Positions 20,850 to 31,778 of a stretch of 64,000 nucleotides of DNA are shown here, piece by piece. Under the pieces are notes generated by a model. It had not been told where the DNA came from. It did no database searches and saw only the letters and a list, made by a program, of their open reading frames with translations. Origin of the DNA: an uncultured Candidatus Saccharibacteria bacterium. GTDB taxonomy: Bacteria; Patescibacteriota; Minisyncoccia; Phycocordibacterales; PALSA-1337. Each line of letters begins with the position of its first letter. Position 1 is the stretch's first letter. Position numbers and translations under genes: made by a program. The DNA is taken from NCBI GenBank assembly GCA_964492835.1, contig CAZBLC010000001.1, forward strand, positions 19,596 through 83,595. The letters are read 5' to 3'.

Positions 20850-21941
20850 TTATTTAGAATAATGTCTAAAGTAGGTATCTGCTGTTTTTGTCCAAGAAAA
20901 GTTTTTATAGAATTCTTCGGAATTATTACCAAAACTATCTTTTTTATATCTTAATATCTTTTCAATCTTACTACTAATATCCTTATGATCACCCTGTCTT
21001 GTTAAAAAGCCATTGTAGCAGTTTCTTAATGCGTTTTCAATACCACAATTTTTACTACCTATAACCGGCCTACCGAACTGTGCAGCCTCCAAAAGAACTA
21101 GTCCAAATCCTTCAAAATGGTTTCCATCATTATTTGAATTCAGCATAAAGATATCGCAACTTGCATAAAGTGTGGCTAGGATACTATCATCATACATATT
21201 TGAAATTATGAGTACATTGTCTTCTATACCATTTATTCTTGCAAAAGATTTTATTTGATTGACGTAATACTCATCATCACCATTTCCGATCATGACATAC
21301 TTAAACCTTGGGTATTTATTTTTTAAAAGTGTTATAGCCTTAAGACTATCTAGTTGTCCTTTCCTCTGTTTTATATCTCCTACAGTCAAAAAAATTGGGC
21401 TGTAATTTACTACTCCGAGTGATTTCATATTATTAATCAAAATATCCTTTGAAGGCACAGACATTTCTGTTGTTCCCATAAAAACTGTGATGGCATTGAT
21501 ACTTGGATGTAATTCCAATAATCTATTTTTAATATAGTCGCTTATACAAAATATAGCATGGGCTCTACTATAGGCTAATCTAGTGATGAATGATCGAATA
21601 CCTTTCGTAAGTGGGGCTATGGTATATGTTCCAACACCAGTAATATAAAGTTTTTTTCTTGTAAAAATTACAGCGAAATACGCATATATACCGTATGGCC
21701 AACCGTCGTGAGCATGGACTACGTCCACTTCTTTTGCATATTTTCTTATTCTCAATATATTGATAAATATATTTTTAATTATAGTAAATTTACCTTTTTT
21801 AAAAACTGGTAGCAATATATTCTCCTCTGATGCGACTTTTATTTCAATTGGTAACTTCGAAAGCGCCTTATGAACTTCTTTTGAATATCTCCCCAGTCCC
21901 CCCTTATTTCCTAGGTAGTTTGTTACGATCAGTAATTTCAT
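20850..21941 (-). CDS. Glycosyltransferase family 4
   Basis: VGDIKQRKG, EGFGLVLLEAA; start moved to ATG 21941. Confidence 0.9.
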   Translation of the reverse strand: MKLLIVTNYLGNKGGLGRYSKEVHKALSKLPIEIKVASEENILLPVFKKGKFTIIKNIFINILRIRKYAKEVDVVHAHDGWPYGIYAYFAVIFTRKKLYITGVGTYTIAPLTKGIRSFITRLAYSRAHAIFCISDYIKNRLLELHPSINAITVFMGTTEMSVPSKDILINNMKSLGVVNYSPIFLTVGDIKQRKGQLDSLKAITLLKNKYPRFKYVMIGNGDDEYYVNQIKSFARINGIEDNVLIISNMYDDSILATLYASCDIFMLNSNNDGNHFEGFGLVLLEAAQFGRPVIGSKNCGIENALRNCYNGFLTRQGDHKDISSKIEKILRYKKDSFGNNSEEFYKNFSWTKTADTYFRHYSK

Positions 21942-22704
21942 GAAGGGTGTTCTTGACTTTAAAAATAGTCTTTTTAAGTAACACTTTGATTCTAACAACT
22001 TTTTCAAAAAAAGCAAAAGGTTTTGACTTATATATATAAGTGTATTCTGGTATTAGATTCTTACCGAAGGACATTTTAAATTTTGCAATACTTTCCGTCT
22101 TTGGGTTATTGATATTTACAGAAGCCATATCTAGTGAAATATATCCATTCTTTTTTCCCCAAAGACATGCCTCCCAAACCACTCTTCTCGTCGAATATGC
22201 AATAATTCTGTATATTTCCCTATCTTCTGTCTTTAATCTTTTAGAAAAAATCGAACGTATCCTCAAGTAGGGATAACTCTTATTTACAAATATTCCAGAA
22301 ATAATCTCATTATTAAAAACAATGCCGAAGAACAACGTATCAATAACTAAATTCATTCGAACAGGTAACCTTCCTTGTGAGTATTCAAAATCACTATATA
22401 CGCGATATGCTTCAGCGTCCGGTGAGTCTTTGTAGATGAATCTTAATTGATCATCCCTCAGTGTTTTTCTTATTTCGTTTCTTGTTGTATCGTTAAAACT
22501 CGAAAATATCTCATCATCACTTCTTCTTAGATCTATTAATAAGGTTGGCTTAGAATATTCTAAGAATTCAGGTAAAGTAAGTTTATTATATGATAATACA
22601 ACAATTGAAGAATACTTGTTAGATTTTAATAGCGGTAATATCTTTTCATCATCCAATATGATGTTTGCTGTTTTAAAAAATAAGTATTTTTTTTCGACTA
22701 TCAT
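21904..22704 (-). CDS. GNAT/FemAB-like acyltransferase-fold protein
   Basis: TLLIDL, TTRNEIRK, SLDM, IAKFKMSFG patterns of FemAB-like proteins. Confidence 0.6.
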   Translation of the reverse strand: MIVEKKYLFFKTANIILDDEKILPLLKSNKYSSIVVLSYNKLTLPEFLEYSKPTLLIDLRRSDDEIFSSFNDTTRNEIRKTLRDDQLRFIYKDSPDAEAYRVYSDFEYSQGRLPVRMNLVIDTLFFGIVFNNEIISGIFVNKSYPYLRIRSIFSKRLKTEDREIYRIIAYSTRRVVWEACLWGKKNGYISLDMASVNINNPKTESIAKFKMSFGKNLIPEYTYIYKSKPFAFFEKVVRIKVLLKKTIFKVKNTLHEITDRNKLPRK

Positions 22705-23621
22705 TTAAATATGTTTAATATATTAATTTTATTGACAAAATTAATTATAGAATCACTAGATTTTGGAGAAATATTTTTTAAAAAACTACTTCCATCAATA
22801 TTATTTAAACCGCTACCTGCCGATACAAGATATTTATAGCCATAATTATATATCTGACTCTTAACAGTCTCATTTACTCTACTGTGTGGTAATGAGAAGG
22901 CGCATATAGACATACCTGTTTCTTTTTCTATTCTTTCTTTTGAAAACTTTATGTCATAAATTAATCTATCTTGATCGACCTCATTCAACCTACTGTGCGT
23001 TACACCATGTGAGCCAAATGAAATACCCTTATTCATTAGATTTCTGACGTCATCCCAATTCAAAAAAATATCGAATAAATAAGGTTCATCACCTATACTA
23101 TATTTTTTCATTATTTCAAATCTATAACTCTCATTTTCTGATTTAATTTTTTCTATTAGAGCATTCTGCTCTTTGAGATTAACGTTTTCTTTATTTAATA
23201 TATTTTTGTACTGTATTGTCCAAATCATATTAGTTTTATCAAGTATTCCACTTACTAAAAAAATTGTTGCTGGAACCTTGTATTTTTCCAATATAGGAAG
23301 TGCATTTATCATTACATCTTTAAGTCCATCATCGAAATAAATTATTGTAGGTTTTTTAATATTTTTTGATTTTATGTTTGGTATATCGTCAAAATTTATA
23401 AAAGTATGATCATGTTCTTTTAAGTACTTAATCTGTTTTTCAAATTGTTCTATATCAAGAGAAATGTGGCTGTATAATTTATTTAGTAATGTATCAGAGT
23501 TAACTTTACTACTTATACTATGATACATAACTAAATATAATTTATTGCCATAAAATATACTATAGATATAGTTTATGCCAGAATAATATAGTATTTTGTA
23601 TATAAAAGTTTTTAATTTCAT
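22701..23621 (-). CDS. Polysaccharide deacetylase (CE4/NodB)
   Basis: VMYH, YFDDG, PATIFL, FGSHGVTH. Confidence 0.88.
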   Translation of the reverse strand: MKLKTFIYKILYYSGINYIYSIFYGNKLYLVMYHSISSKVNSDTLLNKLYSHISLDIEQFEKQIKYLKEHDHTFINFDDIPNIKSKNIKKPTIIYFDDGLKDVMINALPILEKYKVPATIFLVSGILDKTNMIWTIQYKNILNKENVNLKEQNALIEKIKSENESYRFEIMKKYSIGDEPYLFDIFLNWDDVRNLMNKGISFGSHGVTHSRLNEVDQDRLIYDIKFSKERIEKETGMSICAFSLPHSRVNETVKSQIYNYGYKYLVSAGSGLNNIDGSSFLKNISPKSSDSIINFVNKINILNIFK

Positions 23622-24808
23622 TTTATATTTACCAAAATAAACTCATTTATTCTGTAACCTCTATTTTCCCAGGTAAATTCCTTACTATCTTGTAAAGCTT
23701 GTGAAATCAGTTTACTACGTAAGTCTGTATTATCGCATACTAGATCTATTTTTTCTGACCACTCTTTTGGATTTCTATAATCACTCACCAATAAACAATT
23801 TTTGCTATCAACCAGAACTTCTTCTATCGCAGTTGTTTTAGCAGAAACAATTACTTTGCCGGATGCAAGATATTCAAACATCTTTGTTGGTGAATTACCG
23901 ATCTGTGCACCAGCAGAAGGTAGGAGCAATATATCTGATGATTTCCAGTACTCATAAACCTCCTGTTTACTTACCCAAGGAAGAAACATTACTTTATCCG
24001 AGATACCTAATTTTTTAACTAATTCTTCGTGTTCCGCTGTCTCGTTCCCCTTTTTACCAACACCTATAAAAATAAATTTCGAGCTTAAGTATGGCATTAC
24101 ATTTATTATATCTTCTATACCATACGAATCATAATTTCCTGTTTTATATAAATTACCTGAATACATCAATATTATCCTATTAATTGGAAGATTCAGTCTG
24201 TTACGTAGCTGTTCTATTGACTCCCTTATTATTTCAAATCGTTCTGGTTCTGATGCGGCGCAAAAAGCAACCAAGATATTTTTATTCAACTTCTCATAAT
24301 AATTTTTCAAACCGTAACTAATAACTATCAGACCGTTTGATATTTTTGAAAAATAATTATTAAAGAACTGTCCATGCTTCTTATGTAGGACTGCATGAAT
24401 TTCAATAAAAATAGGTTTTTTTAGAATATATCTTGTGAATAATATAGGTAAGACTAGCGAGCAATCTCTATAGTATAAGGTACTAAAATTATGTCTATTT
24501 AGGTATACGTATTTAAGTATAGAAAAATTTACAGTAGCTGTCTCGAGCCAGTTTATTAAGCGTACACGACTACCTTTTAATCTATTTGAGAATGATGGTA
24601 GAGAAGCAATATCAAATCGATTCTTAATATTGTGTTTCGTAAAAAACTCTTCCCTCTTTTGACCATCAATCAAACTATCATCTGAACTTAAAAGTATTAC
24701 TCTAGTATTATCTTGCATAGCAAGCGCTTCACATGTTTTAGAAGTAGTATAAACATGCGCCTTATTTGATTGGAAGTTCATCCTAGTTATATGCAATATA
24801 GTATTCAT
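23618..24808 (-). CDS. Glycosyltransferase family 4
   Basis: YSGNL, SPTKMFEYLASG. Confidence 0.88.
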   Translation of the reverse strand: MNTILHITRMNFQSNKAHVYTTSKTCEALAMQDNTRVILLSSDDSLIDGQKREEFFTKHNIKNRFDIASLPSFSNRLKGSRVRLINWLETATVNFSILKYVYLNRHNFSTLYYRDCSLVLPILFTRYILKKPIFIEIHAVLHKKHGQFFNNYFSKISNGLIVISYGLKNYYEKLNKNILVAFCAASEPERFEIIRESIEQLRNRLNLPINRIILMYSGNLYKTGNYDSYGIEDIINVMPYLSSKFIFIGVGKKGNETAEHEELVKKLGISDKVMFLPWVSKQEVYEYWKSSDILLLPSAGAQIGNSPTKMFEYLASGKVIVSAKTTAIEEVLVDSKNCLLVSDYRNPKEWSEKIDLVCDNTDLRSKLISQALQDSKEFTWENRGYRINEFILVNIK

Positions 24809-24811
24809 ATA

Positions 24812-25702
24812 TTATATGATCTGAGAATAGTACAACTCTATTATATTATCAAATTCTTTAATTAAGTCCTCTGCTTTTCTATTTAATAAAATGTAATCTT
24901 TCTTTATACAAAGTTCATGTAAAAAATATACAAAAATTAACTTTTTATCTATCTTATAATCAATTCCAACATTAACAAAATATCTCGAAAGTAATTCATA
25001 AGAATCCTTCATTTTATTTCTTACGGTAATATGGTAAATATCAAAACCTGGAATAGCAATATCGCCAAATGTGTCACAATCTACAATCTTAATTTTTTCA
25101 TTATCAATTAGTATATTATCATTCGTAAAGTCACCATGCTGATATATAGACTTTATATCAACCTTGATGTCTGACCACAAATCCTCGTTGTATTTTTTAA
25201 GTATTTCTATATCACCATTATCTCCAGACAATACGCTCACAAGTTTTTCGCCATATGTCTTGTCTAAGATCTGTTCGTTCAATCCACTTGAAATATACTT
25301 TGAAAAAGAAAAATATTTATCAATGGCTTTTTTAAGATCTGCTTCTCTACTTACTTTTACTCCACCACATACAGTTTCAATCGTATATTTAATTAAATTA
25401 TCTTCATGCATACCAATAGCCTTTGGATACATGGATTCAAACTCGCTTCCTTGTACAAGTTTGTTAAGTAGACTTATATTCTTATATCCATCACTTATTC
25501 TATTTATATCTCTAATATTTCTGACTGTTTTTATTATTGCTATAGGTTTTTTGTTTGAATCAAAAACAAAGAGAATTACCTTACACCCGATTCCTCTACC
25601 TGAAATCGGAGTATTGTATTTCATATAACTCAGATCGCCGCCTTTGTATAAATCAGCTTTTTCTAGTTCAGCTTTTATTTGTAAATCTATATTCTTAATC
25701 AT
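24812..25702 (-). CDS. APH-like phosphotransferase
   Basis: QHGDFTNDNIL, IVDCD, PGFD. Confidence 0.75.
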   Translation of the reverse strand: MIKNIDLQIKAELEKADLYKGGDLSYMKYNTPISGRGIGCKVILFVFDSNKKPIAIIKTVRNIRDINRISDGYKNISLLNKLVQGSEFESMYPKAIGMHEDNLIKYTIETVCGGVKVSREADLKKAIDKYFSFSKYISSGLNEQILDKTYGEKLVSVLSGDNGDIEILKKYNEDLWSDIKVDIKSIYQHGDFTNDNILIDNEKIKIVDCDTFGDIAIPGFDIYHITVRNKMKDSYELLSRYFVNVGIDYKIDKKLIFVYFLHELCIKKDYILLNRKAEDLIKEFDNIIELYYSQII

Positions 25703-26637
25703 TTTTTTATTATTATTCCAAAACTAAAAAATACAAAACGGTATATTTTTAATAGAATATTAAAATTTGTAAGATATAGAATAATTCTATTTAATACATT
25801 ATTAGATTTTCTAAAAGAATTTATGGCATATTTTAAAATATGCAAACTATTATAGGGAATAATTATTCTTGGTAGATTATATCCTGGATATAGCAAATAA
25901 AAATTGGCTTTATTTTCAAAACCGGAGCGGTGAATAAGATTTTCATAACCTTTTTTTGAATACGTATAAGTTCTATATTCTCCTCTTCCACGTATTTTAT
26001 AGTAAATATTTGCCAAAAATCTAGGCATATAACTCGTATACATGAGCCCTCCGTGATCTGTGGCTCTCAAATACACTAATGCAAAACGGTTCTCAATACC
26101 TATATAAAGATGTCCACCTTTTTTTAGTAATTTCCTACATATTTCTAAACTTTTTATCTGAGCCTCTATTGGGCTACTATATATTTTTGTTAACCCTACC
26201 CACTCCAACACTCCGTTCATTACTATCAAGTCAAAACTATTTTCTTCAAATGGAAGATTATAAACATCTGCAACCATTACATCTATTTTGTCAGATAGAC
26301 CTTCAGCTTCAGCTCTTTTTTTTAAAAATCTCATTCTGGATAATGAATGATCACAGGATACTACTTTATTAACCACTCTAGCTAGAGGTATTGATATTCT
26401 TCCTAGTCCTGCACCAATATCTAAAACCTTAGAATCTCTATTTAATGGTATATAGAATCTCCAATCTGCTCTATCATCATCATAAGTAAAATCTAGTTTC
26501 TTCTGCATAACCTTATCAAAAGAAGAGAAGCCCTTATCTTCAATAAGCTCTATAATATTTATCAGTTCTCTCTCGGGAATTTTACCCCAATAAATATCTT
26601 CAGTTAGAATTGGAATATTGTATTTATTTTCTCTCAT
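25699..26637 (-). CDS. Class I SAM-dependent methyltransferase
   Basis: VLDIGAGLG, FDLIVMNGVLEW, LKKGGHLYIGIENR. Confidence 0.88.
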   Translation of the reverse strand: MRENKYNIPILTEDIYWGKIPERELINIIELIEDKGFSSFDKVMQKKLDFTYDDDRADWRFYIPLNRDSKVLDIGAGLGRISIPLARVVNKVVSCDHSLSRMRFLKKRAEAEGLSDKIDVMVADVYNLPFEENSFDLIVMNGVLEWVGLTKIYSSPIEAQIKSLEICRKLLKKGGHLYIGIENRFALVYLRATDHGGLMYTSYMPRFLANIYYKIRGRGEYRTYTYSKKGYENLIHRSGFENKANFYLLYPGYNLPRIIIPYNSLHILKYAINSFRKSNNVLNRIILYLTNFNILLKIYRFVFFSFGIIIKK

Positions 26638-27679
26638 ATATTATTTTAAATATATCAGCAAAACTTTTTGCCATAACTTTAGTATTGTATATTATATCAA
26701 TTTTTTCTCTTGAGTTCCTTGCTATATTCTCTCTAAAATTTATATCTGTCATTTTCTTTATATTCTCAATAATATTATCAACATTATAAAAATCCACAAT
26801 TAAAGCAGATTTATTATTTTCCACATAATCATTGAGATATTCTTTTCTACTAACGATTATAGGTAATCCAATAGCCATAGCTTCAAGAAGAACTGTTGGG
26901 CCAGAAGTATCTGAACCATCAACATAACTATCATTATGCATAATCAGTAGGAGTAATTTTGCCTTTCTGTACATTCTCTGTAATTCTGACATTGGTATAT
27001 TTATATGTATTTTAACATTTGATGGTATAGACTCAATTCCTTCTATATTCCTCGGTAAACAAACAATATGAAATTGTTCGTCTGGCATTTTTCTTGCCAC
27101 ATCAATAACTGTTTTATAATCTCTACCATTATCTCTTCCTACTGATAATATAAAATTTTCTCTTTCAAAATAAACTGGTTTATAGTAAACAGCATCTACA
27201 CCTAAAGGCACGAAGAATGCTTTACTCCTTAAAAAGGGTAATTTCTCTACTACCCTGTTCATATGAACTCTAGCTGGAAAAATAATCCCATCGACATCCT
27301 TTAGTATCCAAGATAATAGTCCGAACATGAATGTATCTTGCTTATAGACTATAAGCATTCTATTTAAAACTGAATTAAAAATAACAAACTTGGTTCTTGT
27401 TGGTATAAATTTCTTCCAAATCAACAAATATATAACCGATATTCCAAAAACTATATCGTATTTACGCGCTATAAAATACATAAAAAAATGCTTTATTCTA
27501 AAACCCAAGATTTTTGCCAGCGTTTTACCAAAGATACTTTCAAACTCTTTATATTCTGCTTGTATTCCAAAGCACTCAAGATGTTGTAATCCGTAGAATT
27601 GTGTGTCAGGATAATCTACGCTAGATTTACCTTTAAATTTATCATCTCTTGTTCCTGAATATAGATACAAAACTTTCAT
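26624..27679 (-). CDS. Glycosyltransferase family 4
   Basis: VGRDNGRDY, SGPTVLLEAMAIG. Confidence 0.88.
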   Translation of the reverse strand: MKVLYLYSGTRDDKFKGKSSVDYPDTQFYGLQHLECFGIQAEYKEFESIFGKTLAKILGFRIKHFFMYFIARKYDIVFGISVIYLLIWKKFIPTRTKFVIFNSVLNRMLIVYKQDTFMFGLLSWILKDVDGIIFPARVHMNRVVEKLPFLRSKAFFVPLGVDAVYYKPVYFERENFILSVGRDNGRDYKTVIDVARKMPDEQFHIVCLPRNIEGIESIPSNVKIHINIPMSELQRMYRKAKLLLLIMHNDSYVDGSDTSGPTVLLEAMAIGLPIIVSRKEYLNDYVENNKSALIVDFYNVDNIIENIKKMTDINFRENIARNSREKIDIIYNTKVMAKSFADIFKIIYERK

Positions 27680-27683
27680 ACAA

Positions 27684-29498
27684 TTACTTTATATTAATCT
27701 TATAAGTCCTAGCCCAAATCTGAAAAGTTATTATAGCCCAAAGCATAGTAAAATGATATGAATCCTTTGATAGATGCTTATCATATATATCATTTATCTC
27801 ACCCCAGTTGAATATCTCTGCTGTAGGTTGATAGTATTTGTCACTGAATATATTTCTTACATATTTTGAAATTTCTGGATCTCTAAGCCATTTTGCGCCA
27901 GGAGAAAACCACCCTCGTTTTGGTTGTTTGAACAAATACTTAGGTAAAAGAAGCTTCATAGATTCCTTTAATAAGACTTTGGTATTAAATAAATTTATCT
28001 TTTTATTTAGAGGTATTTTCCTTGAATATTCAAATAATTCCAGATCTAGTAGTGGTACACGTAATTCTAATCCTGACGCCATTGAAGTCTTATCGCTTCT
28101 CATTAAAGATTCATCTACCAACCAACTCTTTTGGTCGGTTTCCATTAGTAATTCTGGACCACTTTTATTTAGATTGTCAAAATATTTTTTTTCAAAAAAC
28201 TTCTTTGACGGTTCCAATTTAAAATCTCTCGAAATAACCCTGAATAATTCTTTATCCTTTTGGAACATAAACAATTCAAATTGGTCTATCCCCTTTTTGG
28301 TATTTAATTTTAGTAATTTACTACTATTAATATATTCTCTAATAAATTTAGGAATAGTCTGATAATAGACTGATAATAGACTTATTTTATACCTCTCATA
28401 TCCACCAAACAATTCATCTCCTCCATCTCCACCAAGAACCACAGCAACTCTTTGCTTTGCAAAACGTGCAAGCTTAATCATTGGTATTATTGTCGGGTTA
28501 GATATTGGTTCGTCCAAATGATAAATAGCCTCTTCTAGCAATGGAATTATTTCATTTTTTTTAACAAAAATCTCGTTATGTTGTGTTTTATATATCTGAG
28601 CTGTGGTACGAGCAAGCAACATATCCATATTAAATTTATCCGCTTGCTCATCTTTATCTAACTCAAAACCAACACTAAAGGTGATTATATCCTTTCTAAA
28701 GGTAGATACTGCTTGTAATACAGTGGTTGAATCTATGCCACCAGAAAGATATATACCTAGTGGTCTGTCAGAAATCAGTTGTCTCTTAACTGATTCATAT
28801 ATCACCTCTCTTAGTTCTTTAGAATTTATAGAATTATTTTCTATATTTTTGTATGGATTATATTTATTAATAGTCATTTTTTTATCTTTAAGATAAAGAT
28901 AATTACTGGGTGGTAGCTTATTTATATTATTAAAAAGCGTAAACGGCTCTGGCACATATAGAATTCTCATATAGTGAGCAAATGCTTCTTTATTTAGAGT
29001 CCTGTCAATAGGGTGCTCAAGAATTGCTTTGATTTCAGATGAAAAAATGAATTTATCACCATCCCAATAATAGTACAATGGCTTTATTCCTATTGGATCC
29101 CTAGCAATAAATAAACTCATTTCGAGATTATCCCAGATAGCAAAAGCAAACATACCGTTAAAGCGACTAACGCATTCCTTACCCCATTTTTTATATGCCG
29201 CAAGAATGACTTCGGTATCGCCAGTAGTTACGAAATCATACTCACTTTTCATCTCATCTTTGATTTCATTAAAATTATATATTTCCCCATTGAAAACAAT
29301 GATAAATCGACCGTCGTCGCTTTTCATCGGCTGGTTTGCTATTGATCTTGTATCAAGAATACTCAGACGATTATGACCTAAAGATATATCGCTATTAAGA
29401 AAAACTCCGGTACCATCTGGTCCTCGGTGTTTTAAACATTGGTTCATTTTCTCAATGTATTCTTTGTTTTCCCAGTTAAATCCATTTATAGCACACAT
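27684..29498 (-). CDS. asnB: Asparagine synthase (glutamine-hydrolysing) family amidotransferase of a glycan locus
   Basis: N-terminal Cys (MCAING), HRGPD, FNGEIYN, LSGGIDS, GDGGDELFGGY. Confidence 0.93.
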   Translation of the reverse strand: MCAINGFNWENKEYIEKMNQCLKHRGPDGTGVFLNSDISLGHNRLSILDTRSIANQPMKSDDGRFIIVFNGEIYNFNEIKDEMKSEYDFVTTGDTEVILAAYKKWGKECVSRFNGMFAFAIWDNLEMSLFIARDPIGIKPLYYYWDGDKFIFSSEIKAILEHPIDRTLNKEAFAHYMRILYVPEPFTLFNNINKLPPSNYLYLKDKKMTINKYNPYKNIENNSINSKELREVIYESVKRQLISDRPLGIYLSGGIDSTTVLQAVSTFRKDIITFSVGFELDKDEQADKFNMDMLLARTTAQIYKTQHNEIFVKKNEIIPLLEEAIYHLDEPISNPTIIPMIKLARFAKQRVAVVLGGDGGDELFGGYERYKISLLSVYYQTIPKFIREYINSSKLLKLNTKKGIDQFELFMFQKDKELFRVISRDFKLEPSKKFFEKKYFDNLNKSGPELLMETDQKSWLVDESLMRSDKTSMASGLELRVPLLDLELFEYSRKIPLNKKINLFNTKVLLKESMKLLLPKYLFKQPKRGWFSPGAKWLRDPEISKYVRNIFSDKYYQPTAEIFNWGEINDIYDKHLSKDSYHFTMLWAIITFQIWARTYKINIK

Positions 29499-29523
29499 TA
29501 TTAAAAGTATACTTTAACTATTA

Positions 29524-30744
29524 TTAATTGTCACATATTATATTCAATTCCCTAGATAGATTCGAATCTATTATATTCATGTCGAATAACTGCTTAGACT
29601 TGTTTCTAGCTGCCTTTCCTAATCTGATACGTAAATCATAATCATTTACCAATTTATCAATATTATTTATGTATTCCTGCGCAGTTTTTGACTCTAAATA
29701 GTCTGCGTTTTTAACAAAAGGATAATCAGCAATTCCTCTATCCGATGTGATTACCGGGAAACCCCTCATCAATGGTTCAAAAATCTTTTGTTGCATACCT
29801 GCCCCAAAGAGTGAAGGAACGATAGCAATATCCATATCTTTTAGAAAAGTATTCAAATCAACAATAAACCCTCTATATATAACATTCCTTGGAAAAACAT
29901 TAAGTATACTTTCTGGTAGTTTTGTTCCTGTTATATTTATAATTACTCTATTGCCATATTTTTCTAATAATGCTGGGGCTATATTTTTAATAATAAAAAG
30001 TAGTGCTTGCTTATTATGAGATACATTATATGTAGATCCCATAAAGAATATATTTATATTTTTACTCTCCTTATTTGGTATATACTCAGGTAAATAATGT
30101 AAACCTCTCAGTGGTAGATTTATTGTCTTTCTTGCTCCAATTCTCTTGTAAATCTTTTCTTCCTGTGGTGTTATTGAGCATATTAGATCACTAGCTCTTG
30201 CTACTTTTTTTTCTGACAAAAATTTTGGTATTGATTTCAAATAATTTAAAATAGATCTACCATCTTCATCTAAAAAATGTACTGCTTCGTAGTTTAAAGA
30301 TCTGGTAACAATAGGTATTTTATTTTTTTGGGCGACTTGATAAAGTGGCCATAAATATGAGTATTCAAACCACACAATGTCTGGCTTCCAAATATCTATG
30401 GTATTACACATAAGATTGATCATTTCTGGATCAGTATATTCAAATGCAGCACCATCTAAATATGAAAAATGTTTTAGTCTCTTCATGATTATTTTTATTT
30501 TTTGAAGTAAAGTCTTATCAGATAAATTATATTTATATGACACAGTTTGAACATCAATATTTCCAACTGATTTTGAAAAATTACTGATATCTGAATTGCT
30601 TTGATTTTTCTTTCTCTTGGCGATAACTCTCACCTCGTATCCTAAACGTACAAGCTGGCGTATTCCATTAGCGCGATCAGATTGTTCTGCTCCATTTTCT
30701 GGATAAGGTACAACTGGGCAAATAATCAATATCTTATTTTTCAT
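29524..30744 (-). CDS. Glycosyltransferase family 4
   Basis: PYPENGA, FMGST, GAGMQQKIFEP. Confidence 0.82.
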   Translation of the reverse strand: MKNKILIICPVVPYPENGAEQSDRANGIRQLVRLGYEVRVIAKRKKNQSNSDISNFSKSVGNIDVQTVSYKYNLSDKTLLQKIKIIMKRLKHFSYLDGAAFEYTDPEMINLMCNTIDIWKPDIVWFEYSYLWPLYQVAQKNKIPIVTRSLNYEAVHFLDEDGRSILNYLKSIPKFLSEKKVARASDLICSITPQEEKIYKRIGARKTINLPLRGLHYLPEYIPNKESKNINIFFMGSTYNVSHNKQALLFIIKNIAPALLEKYGNRVIINITGTKLPESILNVFPRNVIYRGFIVDLNTFLKDMDIAIVPSLFGAGMQQKIFEPLMRGFPVITSDRGIADYPFVKNADYLESKTAQEYINNIDKLVNDYDLRIRLGKAARNKSKQLFDMNIIDSNLSRELNIICDN

Positions 30745-31778
30745 TTATTTAAATTAGTAATAATTCTAGGGATTAATAATTTTAATGAGTGATTTTCATT
30801 TACGTATTTTACATAATAATCATTTATCGATTTATTTTTACTATCAAGCATTAACACCTTGTTTATTGATTTTGCTAAATCATCTGCGTTTCTATTTGTA
30901 AAGAGAAAAGGGTGGTTAGAAAATATCTTTTCGAAGGCTGGATTTGAAGTAATAACAATAGTACCTGAAGCCATAGCTTCCAGTATTGCCTTATCGAGAC
31001 TTCCTGTATCGCTCATATTCAAAAAAAGATCTGCAGAATTTAAAATATCACAAAGTTTATCTTGTGAAACTTTACCCTTCATTTCAAATGTGTTGTTTGG
31101 TGATGTTTCAATCTTTTTATTTAATTTTTCTACATATTCGACATCTCTATACATAACTGCCTCACCCCAGAACTCACATGTAATTTTTCTATTACTTTTT
31201 ATTGTATTAACGGCATCAATCATAAATTCGTAGCCTTTCGATTGTGTAAATCTACCTACTGAAACAATCTTAAATTCATTACCGTTTTTATTGAAATTTA
31301 GTGGTTTAAAAATATCAACATCGATACCATGTCCCATTACGTTTATCTTATTACTTTTAAGTCTGAAACTTTCTTTTGAGGCAGTAAATATTTTATCGAC
31401 TATTAAAGTTGCAATTCTTAATGACTTTGTAACACTTCTATGTGTATACCATAGAGAAATATTTTTATTATATAACTTCCAAAAAACGCCACCGAGGATT
31501 ACATATATTTGATTCATATGCACAAAGACACTATCGTAATTTTTACGTTCTATCCAAATATATTTATAAAAATTAATAATATATCTAATCCTAGATTCCC
31601 TAATTTCTTTACCAAGCGATAGGACTTTTACATTATTAGGTAACTCATTTTTACCTTTATACAAGCAAATAACTACAATTGATTCACAATTTTTAGAAAA
31701 AACATCTATCCATCTATAGAAAAATCCCAGTATTGGATCGTCTTTGTCTACTTTTTGTGTAATGATCAATAATTTCAT
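30741..31778 (-). CDS. Glycosyltransferase family 4
   Basis: VGRFTQSKG, GSLDKAILEAMASG. Confidence 0.9.
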   Translation of the reverse strand: MKLLIITQKVDKDDPILGFFYRWIDVFSKNCESIVVICLYKGKNELPNNVKVLSLGKEIRESRIRYIINFYKYIWIERKNYDSVFVHMNQIYVILGGVFWKLYNKNISLWYTHRSVTKSLRIATLIVDKIFTASKESFRLKSNKINVMGHGIDVDIFKPLNFNKNGNEFKIVSVGRFTQSKGYEFMIDAVNTIKSNRKITCEFWGEAVMYRDVEYVEKLNKKIETSPNNTFEMKGKVSQDKLCDILNSADLFLNMSDTGSLDKAILEAMASGTIVITSNPAFEKIFSNHPFLFTNRNADDLAKSINKVLMLDSKNKSINDYYVKYVNENHSLKLLIPRIITNLNK

